From: an uncultured Verrucomicrobiota bacterium
GTDB lineage: Bacteria; Verrucomicrobiota; Kiritimatiellia; JAAZAB01
Length of the DNA stretch: 64,000 nt
Reading direction: 5' to 3'
NCBI GenBank assembly: GCA_964650945.1
Contig: CAZYXU010000003.1
Span: forward strand, 1,754 to 65,753
Position numbers and translations under genes: made by a program. Below are positions 17,479 to 25,959 of this stretch, piece by piece. The notes beneath the pieces are model-generated. The model had not been told where the DNA came from. It did no database searches and saw only the letters and a program-made list of their open reading frames with translations. Numbering within the stretch: position 1 is the first letter of the stretch; each line of letters starts with the position of its first letter.

Positions 17479-18354
17479 GTGACCACCAAAGACAAGCCCG
17501 AATCCAACGGCAATAATCATCCCCTGATCAATCAGCTTGTGCAACTGCAGGAGCTGATTCTGGTGCATTCCGAGCAGGAAGCATCCATGTCCGATAAATA
17601 TACTTCGCAGTTGGACAGCTCCATCAATGCCTTGCGCGCTTCCCTGCCGGATGAAACCCAGCAGCTCTTTCAGAAAATCGAAAAACGCGATGTGCTGGCG
17701 ATCGTGCCGATTTCCAATAATGTCTGCTCGGGCTGCGGCCTCTCCCTGCCGGTCAGTTTGATTTATGCCGTGCGCGCGGGCGAAAAGCTCTTCCAGTGCC
17801 CCAATTGCGCGCGCATCCTGTATTATCCCGAGGTGCGCTCGCGGCGCATCAGCAAGAAGGCCGGCGGGCGCGCCATGCCGCGGCGCACCGGCATTGCCCG
17901 GTTCACCTCGCAGTCGCTGATGCTGCCGGAACTGCAATCCACGGAGCGCGACAAGGTCATCGAGGAAATGGCCATGCGCATGGAGTTGGAAGGCTTTGTG
18001 GATAACGGCGCCAAGCTGATTACCGCCGCCTTGGAACGCGAATCCATCATCAATACGGCCGTGGAGCATGGGCTGGCCTTCCCGCACGTGCGCGGGGTGG
18101 AAGGCGGCGGGTTGACCCTCGCGCTGGGAATCAACCGCAAGGGCGTGCGCTTCGATTCCGCCGGACGCGGCTTGACCCATATCGTCTTTTTTATCGTCAT
18201 CCCCACCGCCGCCAGCGTGTTTTACCTGCGGCTGTTGTCCGGCTTGACCCAGACCTTCTTCAAAAAAGACGCGCGCGAAAAATTGCTGGCCGCGCAAACC
18301 CCGGACGAATTATGGAGCGTGCTGGTGAAAACCACGCGCTACACCATCAAGTAG
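17479..18354 (+). CDS. Fusion protein: N-terminal coiled-coil plus C4 zinc-ribbon (COG1579-like), C-terminal PTS EIIA type-2 (EIIA-Ntr/PtsN-like) domain
   Basis: CSGCG…(19 aa)…CPNC zinc ribbon after a predicted helical segment. The C-terminus has GLAFPHVRGVEGGGLTLALGI…THIVFFIV, the PTS_EIIA_2 signature with the conserved phosphorylatable His in the (A/L)(I/F)PH context. Confidence 0.7.
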   Translation: MTTKDKPESNGNNHPLINQLVQLQELILVHSEQEASMSDKYTSQLDSSINALRASLPDETQQLFQKIEKRDVLAIVPISNNVCSGCGLSLPVSLIYAVRAGEKLFQCPNCARILYYPEVRSRRISKKAGGRAMPRRTGIARFTSQSLMLPELQSTERDKVIEEMAMRMELEGFVDNGAKLITAALERESIINTAVEHGLAFPHVRGVEGGGLTLALGINRKGVRFDSAGRGLTHIVFFIVIPTAASVFYLRLLSGLTQTFFKKDAREKLLAAQTPDELWSVLVKTTRYTIK

Positions 18355-18366
18355 CTTCCGCGCGGT

Positions 18367-18759
18367 TCAATCGAAGTAGATGTCCACCGTGTAGCTGTAG
18401 CTGTCGAACCAGCGCACGCGCATCACGGTGAGCTTGCCTTCCAGAATGTCCACGTCATCGCGATAGCTGCGGCTGCCGTGGCGTTCCTGGATGACCACGC
18501 GGTGCACCCCGGGATTCAGATCGTAAGCCTCGTAGTCATAGGTGCTCACCCGGTTGGATTCAATCCCGTTGATGAACACCTCCAGGCGGTCGCCGGTGTG
18601 GTTGTCCACGATCAGGCTTCCCAGGCCGGCCGGCGGCTTGTGGCTGAAGGAGTCGTCTTCGCAGCCGGCGGCCATGAAGGCCAGGGCGGCGGCGAGCATG
18701 GCCGCGGCGGCCTTTAAAATCCGGCCGGCGGCGGGTGGGGTGGCGCAGGTTTGCTTCAT
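18367..18759 (-). CDS. Small lipoprotein, hypothetical
   Basis: Signal peptide plus lipobox MAAGC. An AGGAG RBS lies 9 nt upstream of ATG 18759. The track's longer start (18804) would overlap trkA. Confidence 0.55.
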   Translation of the reverse strand: MKQTCATPPAAGRILKAAAAMLAAALAFMAAGCEDDSFSHKPPAGLGSLIVDNHTGDRLEVFINGIESNRVSTYDYEAYDLNPGVHRVVIQERHGSRSYRDDVDILEGKLTVMRVRWFDSYSYTVDIYFD

Positions 18760-18800
18760 ATGCGTGCTCCTGTCCGGGGTTGGCTGCCGTCCTCCCGCCG

Positions 18801-19472
18801 TCATGGCAGGTCTTTTTCAAGTTGGCGCAATTTTTCATCGGCGCCGAAAACCACCAGGGTATCGCCCAGTTCGATCATGTCGTCCGCGTTGGGGATGATG
18901 ATCGTCTCCTGGGCGCCATCCGGCTGGCGGGCGCGGCGCAATACCAGAATGGTGACGCCGAAATCATGGCGGATATTGGACTCGGCGATAGTCTTGCCGA
19001 TGAAACTCAACGGCGCGCTGATTTCCAGCACGCTGGCCCCGGCGGAAACCTCCATGTAATCCAGCACGGAAGGCGAAACCAGGGTGCGCGCCAGGCGGGT
19101 GGCCATGTCGCGGTCGGGGAAAATAATGCGGTCGGCGCCGACGCGTTTCAGCACCTTGCCGTGCACTTCGCCGGAAGCCTTGGCCACGACCCAGGGGATT
19201 TTCATCTCCTTCAAGGTGAGAGTGGCGAGAATGCTGCTTTCGAGGTCGGAACCGACGGCGACGACGGCAATGTCGCAATCCTGAAATCCGGCGGCTTCCA
19301 GGGCGCCTTCCTCGGTGGCGTCGCCTTCCATAGCCTTGGCCACGATGCCGGCCATGTCATCCACCACATCGCGGTCGCGGTCCAGCAGGATGACTTCCAC
19401 GCCCCGCTCCGCCAGCGCCGATGCCAGGCTTGCCCCAAAACGGCCGCCGCCAACAATGCCGATTCTTTTCAA
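18801..19472 (-). CDS. trkA: Trk system potassium uptake protein TrkA (single RCK/TrkA-N plus TrkA-C)
   Basis: GIVGGGRFGASLASALAERGVEVILLDRD Rossmann NAD-binding motif and a C-terminal TrkA_C domain. Confidence 0.85.
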   Translation of the reverse strand: MKRIGIVGGGRFGASLASALAERGVEVILLDRDRDVVDDMAGIVAKAMEGDATEEGALEAAGFQDCDIAVVAVGSDLESSILATLTLKEMKIPWVVAKASGEVHGKVLKRVGADRIIFPDRDMATRLARTLVSPSVLDYMEVSAGASVLEISAPLSFIGKTIAESNIRHDFGVTILVLRRARQPDGAQETIIIPNADDMIELGDTLVVFGADEKLRQLEKDLP

Positions 19473-19649
19473 ATTACACCTTTGCGTGCCGGTGGCCGCC
19501 GCGGCGGCGGCCGGATTTTTGCCGCATTATCGGGCTTTTGGACAATGATGGCCGGAACGGGCGCTGAAATCAAGTTAAAAGTCAGGTTAACCGCCGGCAT
19601 TCCCAGGCGGCTGCCCCCGGCCTGATCCGCCGCCGGCAACCTTGATCGC

Positions 19650-21026
19650 TTATCCCACCATGACATCCTCTTCCGGGTGGCGCACCAGGAAGCGGACGCT
19701 TTTGATGCTTACCAGCATGGCAATGGTGAGCGGGCCGGCGCGGCCGATGAACATGCAGCCGGCCATCAAAGCCAGGCCGGCGCGGGAGAGCAGGGGGATG
19801 ATGCCGGTGGAAAGACCGACGGTGCCGAAGGCCGAGACGGTGTCAAACATCAGAAAATCGGTGGAAAACACCCCCGTTTGGAGGCGGGCATGTTCGGTGA
19901 GCAGGAGCAGGCCGTAAAAACCGGTGAGGAGCAGGGCGCTGAGCATGAAAATCGCCAGGGCTTCCTTGGTGTTGCGGACGGACACGATCCGGTTCAACAA
20001 CACCGAGTCCCGGCGGCCGCGGATCATGGTCATGGTGGCGGCCAGCAGGACGGCGGCGGTAGTGGTTTTAATGCCGCCGGCGGTGGAACCGGGCGATCCG
20101 CCGATGAACATCAGGACCATGTTAAGGAAACGCGTGGCCGGCCGGACCTCCGCCAGTTCCACCAGGTTAAAACCGGCCGTGCGCGCCGTAATCGAATGAA
20201 AAATCGCATCCATGATTTTGTCCGGCCAGGGGAGCGCGGCCAGGCTCTGCCGCCACTCCAGCGCCGCGAAGCCCAGGGCGCCGCCTGCCAGGAGCAGCGC
20301 GGAGGAAAGCAAAACGATTTTGGTGTGCAGCATCAGATGGCCGCGTTGCAGGCGGTTGCGCCGCCAGAATTGGTAGAGGCTGATATCGTAAAGCGCTATA
20401 AATCCCAGGCCGCCGATGACAATCAGCGCCGCCATCACCGCCAGGATGACCGGATCCTGGCGATAATTCGTCAAACTGTCATGAAACAGGCTGAAGCCGG
20501 CGTTGCAGTAGGCGCTGACGGCGTGGAAAATACCGTTGAAAACGGCGCGCGGGATGGATTGCGCATGCGCGGCGTAAAAACGCCAGGCGAGCGCCGCCGC
20601 GCCGCCGCCTTCCAAAAGCAGCGTGAACTGGATGGACCGGCGCAAAAGCATTCTGAGATTGCGCGCTTCGTCCAGGCGCAGCACGTCCATCAACGCCAAC
20701 TCGCCCTGCATACTCATGTGCCGCCCGGCCAGACTCAGCAAAAAAGTGCCCAGCAACATGAATCCCATGCCGCCGGCCTGGATCAGGCACAGCAGGATGA
20801 TTTGGCCGAAGATGGTGTAATGTTCCGGGACGATCACCACGGCGTGGCCGGTGACGCAGACGGCGCTGGTGGCCATGAAGAAAGCCGTCAGCGGATCGGG
20901 CAGCGATATGCCGCGGTTGGCCCAGGGCAGCATCAGGCATAACGTGCCCAGCAAGATCGCCAGCCCCATGGCTTTGACCACAAACCATTGCGGCTTCGCT
21001 CTTTCTTCTTGCTTTATGGCAGGCAT
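19650..21026 (-). CDS. trkH: Trk/Ktr-family potassium transporter TrkH (membrane subunit)
   Basis: Multiple M1-P-M2 repeats with selectivity-filter-like GFS/GGS motifs (SAVCVTG, AYCNAGFSL, TARTAGFN, TVSAFGTVGLSTG). ATG at 21026 was chosen. The track start 21056 is a TTG. Confidence 0.85.
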   Translation of the reverse strand: MPAIKQEERAKPQWFVVKAMGLAILLGTLCLMLPWANRGISLPDPLTAFFMATSAVCVTGHAVVIVPEHYTIFGQIILLCLIQAGGMGFMLLGTFLLSLAGRHMSMQGELALMDVLRLDEARNLRMLLRRSIQFTLLLEGGGAAALAWRFYAAHAQSIPRAVFNGIFHAVSAYCNAGFSLFHDSLTNYRQDPVILAVMAALIVIGGLGFIALYDISLYQFWRRNRLQRGHLMLHTKIVLLSSALLLAGGALGFAALEWRQSLAALPWPDKIMDAIFHSITARTAGFNLVELAEVRPATRFLNMVLMFIGGSPGSTAGGIKTTTAAVLLAATMTMIRGRRDSVLLNRIVSVRNTKEALAIFMLSALLLTGFYGLLLLTEHARLQTGVFSTDFLMFDTVSAFGTVGLSTGIIPLLSRAGLALMAGCMFIGRAGPLTIAMLVSIKSVRFLVRHPEEDVMVG

Positions 21027-21075
21027 GCTTCCTATAGTATTGCCTTTGACAGCCAATAGTCAAGGTTATCCGGCG

Positions 21076-21831
21076 ATGTTGGAGGCGGTGCGCATAGTTC
21101 TAACCCGGCCGATTTACAGCGGCAATATCGGCGCAGTCTGCCGGGTGATGGCCAATATGGGGCTTTCCGACCTGGTGCTTGCGGGCGCCGGGATCGCCGA
21201 TCCGGTGGAGGCCCGCAAGATGGCCTGCGGAGCCCGGGATGTCCTGGAAGCCTGCCGCCAGGTCGGCGATCTGGCCGCCGCCGTGGCCGATTGCACGCTG
21301 GTGATCGGCGCAACCGCCCGGGAAGGCTTGTACCGCCAGCATTGCCGGACGCCGCGGGAATGGGCGCCGGAAATTCTGGCGGCGGCCCAATCCGGGCGCG
21401 TGGCGCTGGTGTTTGGCCCGGAGGACAATGGCCTGAACAACAACGAGATTGCGCTTTGCACACGGCTCATGCGCATTCCTTCGTCGCCGGCGTATGCGTC
21501 GTTGAACCTCTCGCACGCGGTGATGATTTGCGCCTATGAGCTGTTCGTGGCGGCCGGCGTGTTTACGCTGCCGGCGGAGAAATCGGTCGAGGCGCTGTCC
21601 GCCAAGAAAGAGCGGATGTTTGCTTTGTGGGAGCGGATGCTGTTGAAAATCGGTTTCATGGAGCCGGTGATGGCGGCCCACATGATGCAGGGGGTGCGGC
21701 GGATTTTTACCCGCGGGCGCCTGTCGGACGACGATGTGCGGATTTTAATGGGCATTGCCCGGCAGGTGGAATGGTATGCCGACAAACGCAAACAATCCCG
21801 GGCGGCTCACGGCGCGGCAGACGGCGCCTGA
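21076..21831 (+). CDS. SpoU/TrmH-class RNA 2'-O-methyltransferase (TrmJ-like)
   Basis: IVLTRPIYSGNIGAVCRVMANMG (SPOUT N-terminal motif), LVFGPEDNGL, and IPSSPAYASLNLSHAVMICAYE (SPOUT knot motifs). The ~90-aa C-terminal extension is typical of TrmJ. Confidence 0.8.
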   Translation: MLEAVRIVLTRPIYSGNIGAVCRVMANMGLSDLVLAGAGIADPVEARKMACGARDVLEACRQVGDLAAAVADCTLVIGATAREGLYRQHCRTPREWAPEILAAAQSGRVALVFGPEDNGLNNNEIALCTRLMRIPSSPAYASLNLSHAVMICAYELFVAAGVFTLPAEKSVEALSAKKERMFALWERMLLKIGFMEPVMAAHMMQGVRRIFTRGRLSDDDVRILMGIARQVEWYADKRKQSRAAHGAADGA

Positions 21832-21889
21832 AGCCGGCGCGCCGGCCGGCGCCGCCCGCCCGACACGCGCGGCGCCCCGGCGCCGGCGG

Positions 21890-22450
21890 ATGCTGTGGCT
21901 GGCGCTGCTGCTGTTGCTCGCGGGGGCGGCGGGCTGGCCGGTGGCGCGCCGGCTTTTGACTTGGGATAATTTCGGAGTGGTGGAGCCCGGCTGGATCTAC
22001 CGCAGCGGCCAATTACAGCCGTCCCAACTGGAAAAATTAATCGTCCGTTATCAAATTAAAACCATTATTAAAACCAATCTTCCCGAATTGCCGCTGCCCG
22101 CCATGGCGCGGGAACAAGCCGTCTGCGACCGGCATAATGTCAAGGTGGTGCGGTTGATCATGCCGGGCGATGGGCGCGGCGAATTTACGCAATACGACCA
22201 GGCGCTGACGTGGTTGCGCGACCGCCGGAATCTGCCGGCGCTGATCACCTGCGCGCGCGGCACCCACCGCACCGGCGCCGTTGTCGCCGCTTACCGGGTG
22301 CTGCTCCAGCACTGGCCGGTCCGCGCGGCGCTGGCGGAAATGGAACGCTACCGGTTTGACCCCGGCGGGCAGTACGGCGGCGGCGGGGAACATCCATTGC
22401 TGGCGCATTTGCGCGCCTATTTTAAGGAGCGGACCGCCCATGAACAATAA
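21890..22450 (+). CDS. Cys-based protein tyrosine/dual-specificity phosphatase-like protein with an N-terminal membrane anchor
   Basis: CX5R P-loop ITCARGTHRTG read directly. An N-terminal hydrophobic segment MLWLALLLLLAGAAGW is present. The alternative start at 21755 would overlap trmJ. Confidence 0.65.
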   Translation: MLWLALLLLLAGAAGWPVARRLLTWDNFGVVEPGWIYRSGQLQPSQLEKLIVRYQIKTIIKTNLPELPLPAMAREQAVCDRHNVKVVRLIMPGDGRGEFTQYDQALTWLRDRRNLPALITCARGTHRTGAVVAAYRVLLQHWPVRAALAEMERYRFDPGGQYGGGGEHPLLAHLRAYFKERTAHEQ

Positions 22451-23072
22451 ACCGCGGCTCGGAGTTTTCGGCGGCACTTTCAACCCGGTGCACCTGGGGC
22501 ACTTGATCGCCGCCCAGGATGCCGCCGACGCCTTTGACCTGGCGCGGGTATTGTTTGTTCCCTGCGATCGCCCGCCGCATAAGCCGGCCCACCAGTTGGC
22601 GCCCGCCGCGCACCGGGCGGCCATGCTCGAGGCGGCGCTGGAAGGCAGCCTGTTTTTTGAAGTCTGCGATCTGGAAGTCCGCCGCGGCGGCACCAACTAT
22701 TCCATTGACACCATCCGGGAATTGACCCGGCGCCACCCGGAGCATGAACTGTGCTTTATCATCGGCGCCGATACGCTGCTGGAATTGCACGCCTGGAAAT
22801 CCATCGGCGAATTGCTGGAGCTGTGCACTTTCCTCACGCTGGCCCGGCCGGGATATGCCGTGACGCCGGCGCTGGCGGACCGGTTGCAATTGCCGGCGCC
22901 CTGGCCGGAGAAACTCCTGGCCAACCTGGCCACGGGCCACCAGGTGGACATCTCCGCTTCCGACATCCGTTACCGCGTGGCGGAAGGCCTGCGGATCACC
23001 TACCTCACACCCCCGGCGGTGGAAATGTACATCGCGGAGCATCGTTTGTATGACAATCAAAACTGCCGATGA
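22440..23072 (+). CDS. nadD: Nicotinate-nucleotide adenylyltransferase NadD
   Basis: GVFGGTFNPVHLGH (the (H/T)xGH nucleotidyltransferase motif), and SASDIR (the ISSTxxR-like motif). The conserved nadD–rsfS neighbourhood is present. Confidence 0.85.
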   Translation: MNNKPRLGVFGGTFNPVHLGHLIAAQDAADAFDLARVLFVPCDRPPHKPAHQLAPAAHRAAMLEAALEGSLFFEVCDLEVRRGGTNYSIDTIRELTRRHPEHELCFIIGADTLLELHAWKSIGELLELCTFLTLARPGYAVTPALADRLQLPAPWPEKLLANLATGHQVDISASDIRYRVAEGLRITYLTPPAVEMYIAEHRLYDNQNCR

Positions 23073-23460
23073 AAATTCCGGCGCCCGCGCCCTGCTGGAC
23101 TGGATCGCGGACGCGTTAGTGGAAAAACAAGGGCGCGAGATCATGGCCTTTGACGCGCGCAACCTTGCGGGCGTGACGGATTATTACCTGCTGGTCTCCG
23201 CGCTTTCCGCCCCGCACGTCAAGGCGTTGTTCAATGCCGTCCGGCTGGCGTTGAAGGCGCGCGGGGTGGCGTGCTACCGCAAGTCCGGCACGCCGGAGAG
23301 CGGTTGGATTGTCGCCGATTACCTGGACGTGGTGCTGCACATTTTCAACCGGGAAACGCGCGGCTATTATGCCCTGGAAGAATTATGGGCGGATGTTCCG
23401 CGGGTGGAGCTCAAATCAGCAGCCCCTCCAGCAGCATCAACTCCAGCTCCAACGGGCTGA
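23050..23460 (+). CDS. rsfS: Ribosome silencing factor RsfS (Iojap family)
   Basis: ALVEKQGREIMAFDARNLAGVTDYYLLVSALSAPHVKAL…WIVADYLDVVLHIF, the Iojap/DUF143 core. It lies directly downstream of nadD with an overlap. Confidence 0.8.
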   Translation: MTIKTADENSGARALLDWIADALVEKQGREIMAFDARNLAGVTDYYLLVSALSAPHVKALFNAVRLALKARGVACYRKSGTPESGWIVADYLDVVLHIFNRETRGYYALEELWADVPRVELKSAAPPAASTPAPTG

Positions 23461-23926
23461 CCGTTCCGGTCAGCTCGTGCGCGCGCCGGATTTCCACTAC
23501 GCTTTCCGTCAGGATCGTTTCAAGCAGCGGGTCGTCGTCCGCCGTCACGGCCGGCGCGGCCGCCAGGCCGGGCGGCGCCGGCGCGGCCGGCCGGTTGCCG
23601 TGCAGCAGCAGCCAGCCGGCGCCCGCGAGCAACACCGCCAGGATGGCGGCGGCTTGCAGCAGGCGCGGCCGCCAAAACACCGCGGCCTGGGCGGGCGCGG
23701 CGGCCGGCCGATGCGCGCGGATCATGGCCTGAATGCCGGCGATGGTAGCCGGAGCCGGCTGCGCGGCAGCCGGCTGATGGAGCCGGCTGATTTCAGCCAG
23801 ATTGCGCTGGAAACCCCGGCAGTCTCCGCAAGCCTGGAGATGTCGTTCCAGGCGGCGCCGGCGCCATCTGCCCAATTCGCCGCTGGCTTCCAGCAAAATT
23901 AATTTCTGCCAGGTTTGACATTGCAT
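23411..23926 (-). CDS. Membrane-anchored zinc-binding (ZAS-type, HxxxCxxC) anti-sigma factor
   Basis: HLQACGDCR zinc-finger motif near the N-terminus, followed by a TM segment LLQAAAILAVLLAGAGWLLL. An AGGAG RBS lies 7 nt before ATG 23926. It is immediately downstream of the ECF sigma gene. Confidence 0.6.
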   Translation of the reverse strand: MQCQTWQKLILLEASGELGRWRRRRLERHLQACGDCRGFQRNLAEISRLHQPAAAQPAPATIAGIQAMIRAHRPAAAPAQAAVFWRPRLLQAAAILAVLLAGAGWLLLHGNRPAAPAPPGLAAAPAVTADDDPLLETILTESVVEIRRAHELTGTVSPLELELMLLEGLLI

Positions 23927-24043
23927 GGCCTGCTCCTGTTTTTCGATTGCGTGTTGATATCGCCGGCCCGGCATGGCGGCCAGGGGCCTGGCCGCCCTAC
24001 CCATGGAAACGCCCTTGCGCTCGTCCCCGGCATCCGGCAGAGG

Positions 24044-24613
24044 TTAATCGTCAAGTTTTAAGGTGCTCCTTAATTTTACCAGCGCGTACTGCATGCGCGC
24101 CAGGGCGGTGTTGATGGATACCCCCTGGACGGCGGCGATTTCCTTAAAAGACAGCCCGCCGTCCAGACGCAATTGGAAAACCTCGCGCTGTTCCGCCGGC
24201 AGGGCGCGCGCGGCCTCTTCCAGGCGGGCGCGCAAATCACGGTCCGCCACGCGGAAGTCCGGTCCCGGCGCGGCGTCCGGCAGGATGTCCTGCAGCGTGC
24301 CGCCGGCTTCGTTCGGCCGGTCCAGGCTGGCGATGTCGCGCCAGGCCCGCCGGCGGTCAATCATCAGGTTGCGGGCGATCCGGAACAGCCACGCGGAGAA
24401 ACATTGGTCATGATAGCGGTCGATGTTTTTCACGATCCGCAGCCAGGTTTCCTGGTAGATATCCTCGGCTTCCTGACGGCTGGCAGTCGCCTTGCAGATA
24501 AAGCCGAACAGCCGTTGCTGGTAACGCTCCACAAGTTCCTCCATCGCCTCCGGGGCGCCGCGGCGGTAGCGCTGAATCAGCTGAAAATCAGTTTGATGGC
24601 TGGGGCCGCTCAT
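24044..24613 (-). CDS. ECF-subfamily RNA polymerase sigma-70 factor
   Basis: Region 2 (YQETWLRIVKNIDRY…WLFRIARNLMIDRRR) and region 4 HTH (REVFQLRLDGGLSFKEIAAVQGVSINTALARMQYALVKLR). Confidence 0.85.
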   Translation of the reverse strand: MSGPSHQTDFQLIQRYRRGAPEAMEELVERYQQRLFGFICKATASRQEAEDIYQETWLRIVKNIDRYHDQCFSAWLFRIARNLMIDRRRAWRDIASLDRPNEAGGTLQDILPDAAPGPDFRVADRDLRARLEEAARALPAEQREVFQLRLDGGLSFKEIAAVQGVSINTALARMQYALVKLRSTLKLDD

Positions 24614-24620
24614 GCCTTGT

Positions 24621-24646
24621 CACGCTCCCTAAGAGGTAAACGTTCC
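24621..24646 (-). promoter_or_regulatory. Candidate ECF-type autoregulated promoter (GGAAC-N17-CGTG) immediately upstream of the ECF sigma gene
   Basis: Reverse strand reads GGAACgtttacctcttagggagCGTGacaaggcATG. The GGAAC -35 and CGT -10 core are typical of ECF promoters. The very short leader implies the annotated start may be slightly misplaced, or the mRNA is near-leaderless. Confidence 0.3.
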
Positions 24647-24695
24647 ATCTGGAGTTTTATTGTTTGCGGCGGCGCCGCGCTCCGGCGCGCCGGCC

Positions 24696-25397
24696 TTATC
24701 CGCCGGCCAGGTTCCGCGCGGCTTGCCAGGCCCCCCCGGCGGCCTGCCGGATGGCGGTCCAGACGGTCTGGGCGTCCAGGGCCAGTTGCCTGGTCCAGAC
24801 GGGCAGGGGCGCGCCTGAAAGCAGCGCGGTCAACAGCAACAATCCGAGGAGATTGCCGCAAAAAATCAAGCTGTAGGGGAAAATCCACCCGTAACCGCGC
24901 AGGTCGCTCTGGCGGCGGAAAAGCGCGTGCAACGTGAAGGTGTAATGGAAGCCCAGGCTGGCGCCGATCGCGCCCAGCCAGATCCAGCGCCCGGCGTCCG
25001 GGCCCCGGAACCAGGAGTAAATCCAGTAGGCCAGCAAAATCAGGACGGTGTAGAACGGGAAAAAATACGGCGCCAGGGCCACCAGGAAATTATGTTCGGA
25101 AAGTTTGACATAGCCGCCGGCGCGGGAAACGCGCAGGCCGCACAGCCGGGCGCCCATGGCCGCGCCCCACAAGGCATGCGTCATTTCATGGGCCAGGACG
25201 TAAATCCGCGCCGGCGCCGGGAGCAGCAGCGCCACTACCAGCCAGAGGCTGAATCCGCCGGCCAGCGCCAGGATGGCGCACGGGCCGCTGCCATCCGGCA
25301 CGGACCACCAGTTCCCCAGCAGGATGCACCAGGCGCGGGCGATGACCGCCGCCGCCGGCAGCAGCCAGACTCCCAGCAATGAATATAACCAGCGCAT
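24696..25397 (-). CDS. Polytopic membrane protein with an HExxH zinc-metalloprotease motif, a possible small intramembrane (site-2-like) protease
   Basis: HEMTHAL is embedded at the edge of a hydrophobic helix, with 6 or more predicted TM segments. It is co-directional with and adjacent to the ECF sigma / anti-sigma pair. Confidence 0.45.
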   Translation of the reverse strand: MRWLYSLLGVWLLPAAAVIARAWCILLGNWWSVPDGSGPCAILALAGGFSLWLVVALLLPAPARIYVLAHEMTHALWGAAMGARLCGLRVSRAGGYVKLSEHNFLVALAPYFFPFYTVLILLAYWIYSWFRGPDAGRWIWLGAIGASLGFHYTFTLHALFRRQSDLRGYGWIFPYSLIFCGNLLGLLLLTALLSGAPLPVWTRQLALDAQTVWTAIRQAAGGAWQAARNLAGG

Positions 25398-25416
25398 GGA
25401 TTTTGGGCCGCGGGCT

Positions 25417-25959
25417 TTAACCGCCTTCTGCGTAATCCAGCCCCGCATGCAAGGCGCGCAGGTTCACCGCCAGCAAGTCCGCCTGGCCGGCGCCGGCAAA
25501 GTTTTTGCGGATGGCTTGCTCCAGATCCGCGGTTTTAAACAAAGGCTTGTGCCGCAGGAACGCCCCCAGCATCACCAGGTTGGCGGCGCGCGGGTTGCCG
25601 GCCTTGTCGGCCAGGGCGCTGGCAGGGATGGCGATCAGCGTCTGGCCCGGCCGGGCGGCGACATGACAGAGCGAGCTGTTGATCAGCGCCAGGCCGCTGG
25701 GAGCCAGCCGGTTCAGGACTTCCGTTGCCCCGTGTTGATTCATCAGGATCAGAATGTCGGCGCGCTCGGCGCAAGGCGAGGCGATTTCACGGGCCGACAG
25801 GATGACCTCGCAATGCGAGGCGCCGCCGCGGACTTCGGCGCCGTAGGCCGGGAAAAACGTCACGTGCGGCACCTGGCCGGCGGCCACGCGGGCGATTAAT
25901 TTGCCCAGCAGGATGATGCCCTGCCCGCCGGCGCCGGCAATGATGATGCGCTCAAGCAT
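25417..25959 (-). CDS. 2-oxoacid:ferredoxin oxidoreductase, gamma subunit
   Basis: IIIAGAGGQGIILLGKLIARVA (POR/KOR gamma N-terminal glycine-rich motif). Fourth gene of a delta-alpha-beta-gamma set. Confidence 0.85.
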   Translation of the reverse strand: MLERIIIAGAGGQGIILLGKLIARVAAGQVPHVTFFPAYGAEVRGGASHCEVILSAREIASPCAERADILILMNQHGATEVLNRLAPSGLALINSSLCHVAARPGQTLIAIPASALADKAGNPRAANLVMLGAFLRHKPLFKTADLEQAIRKNFAGAGQADLLAVNLRALHAGLDYAEGG

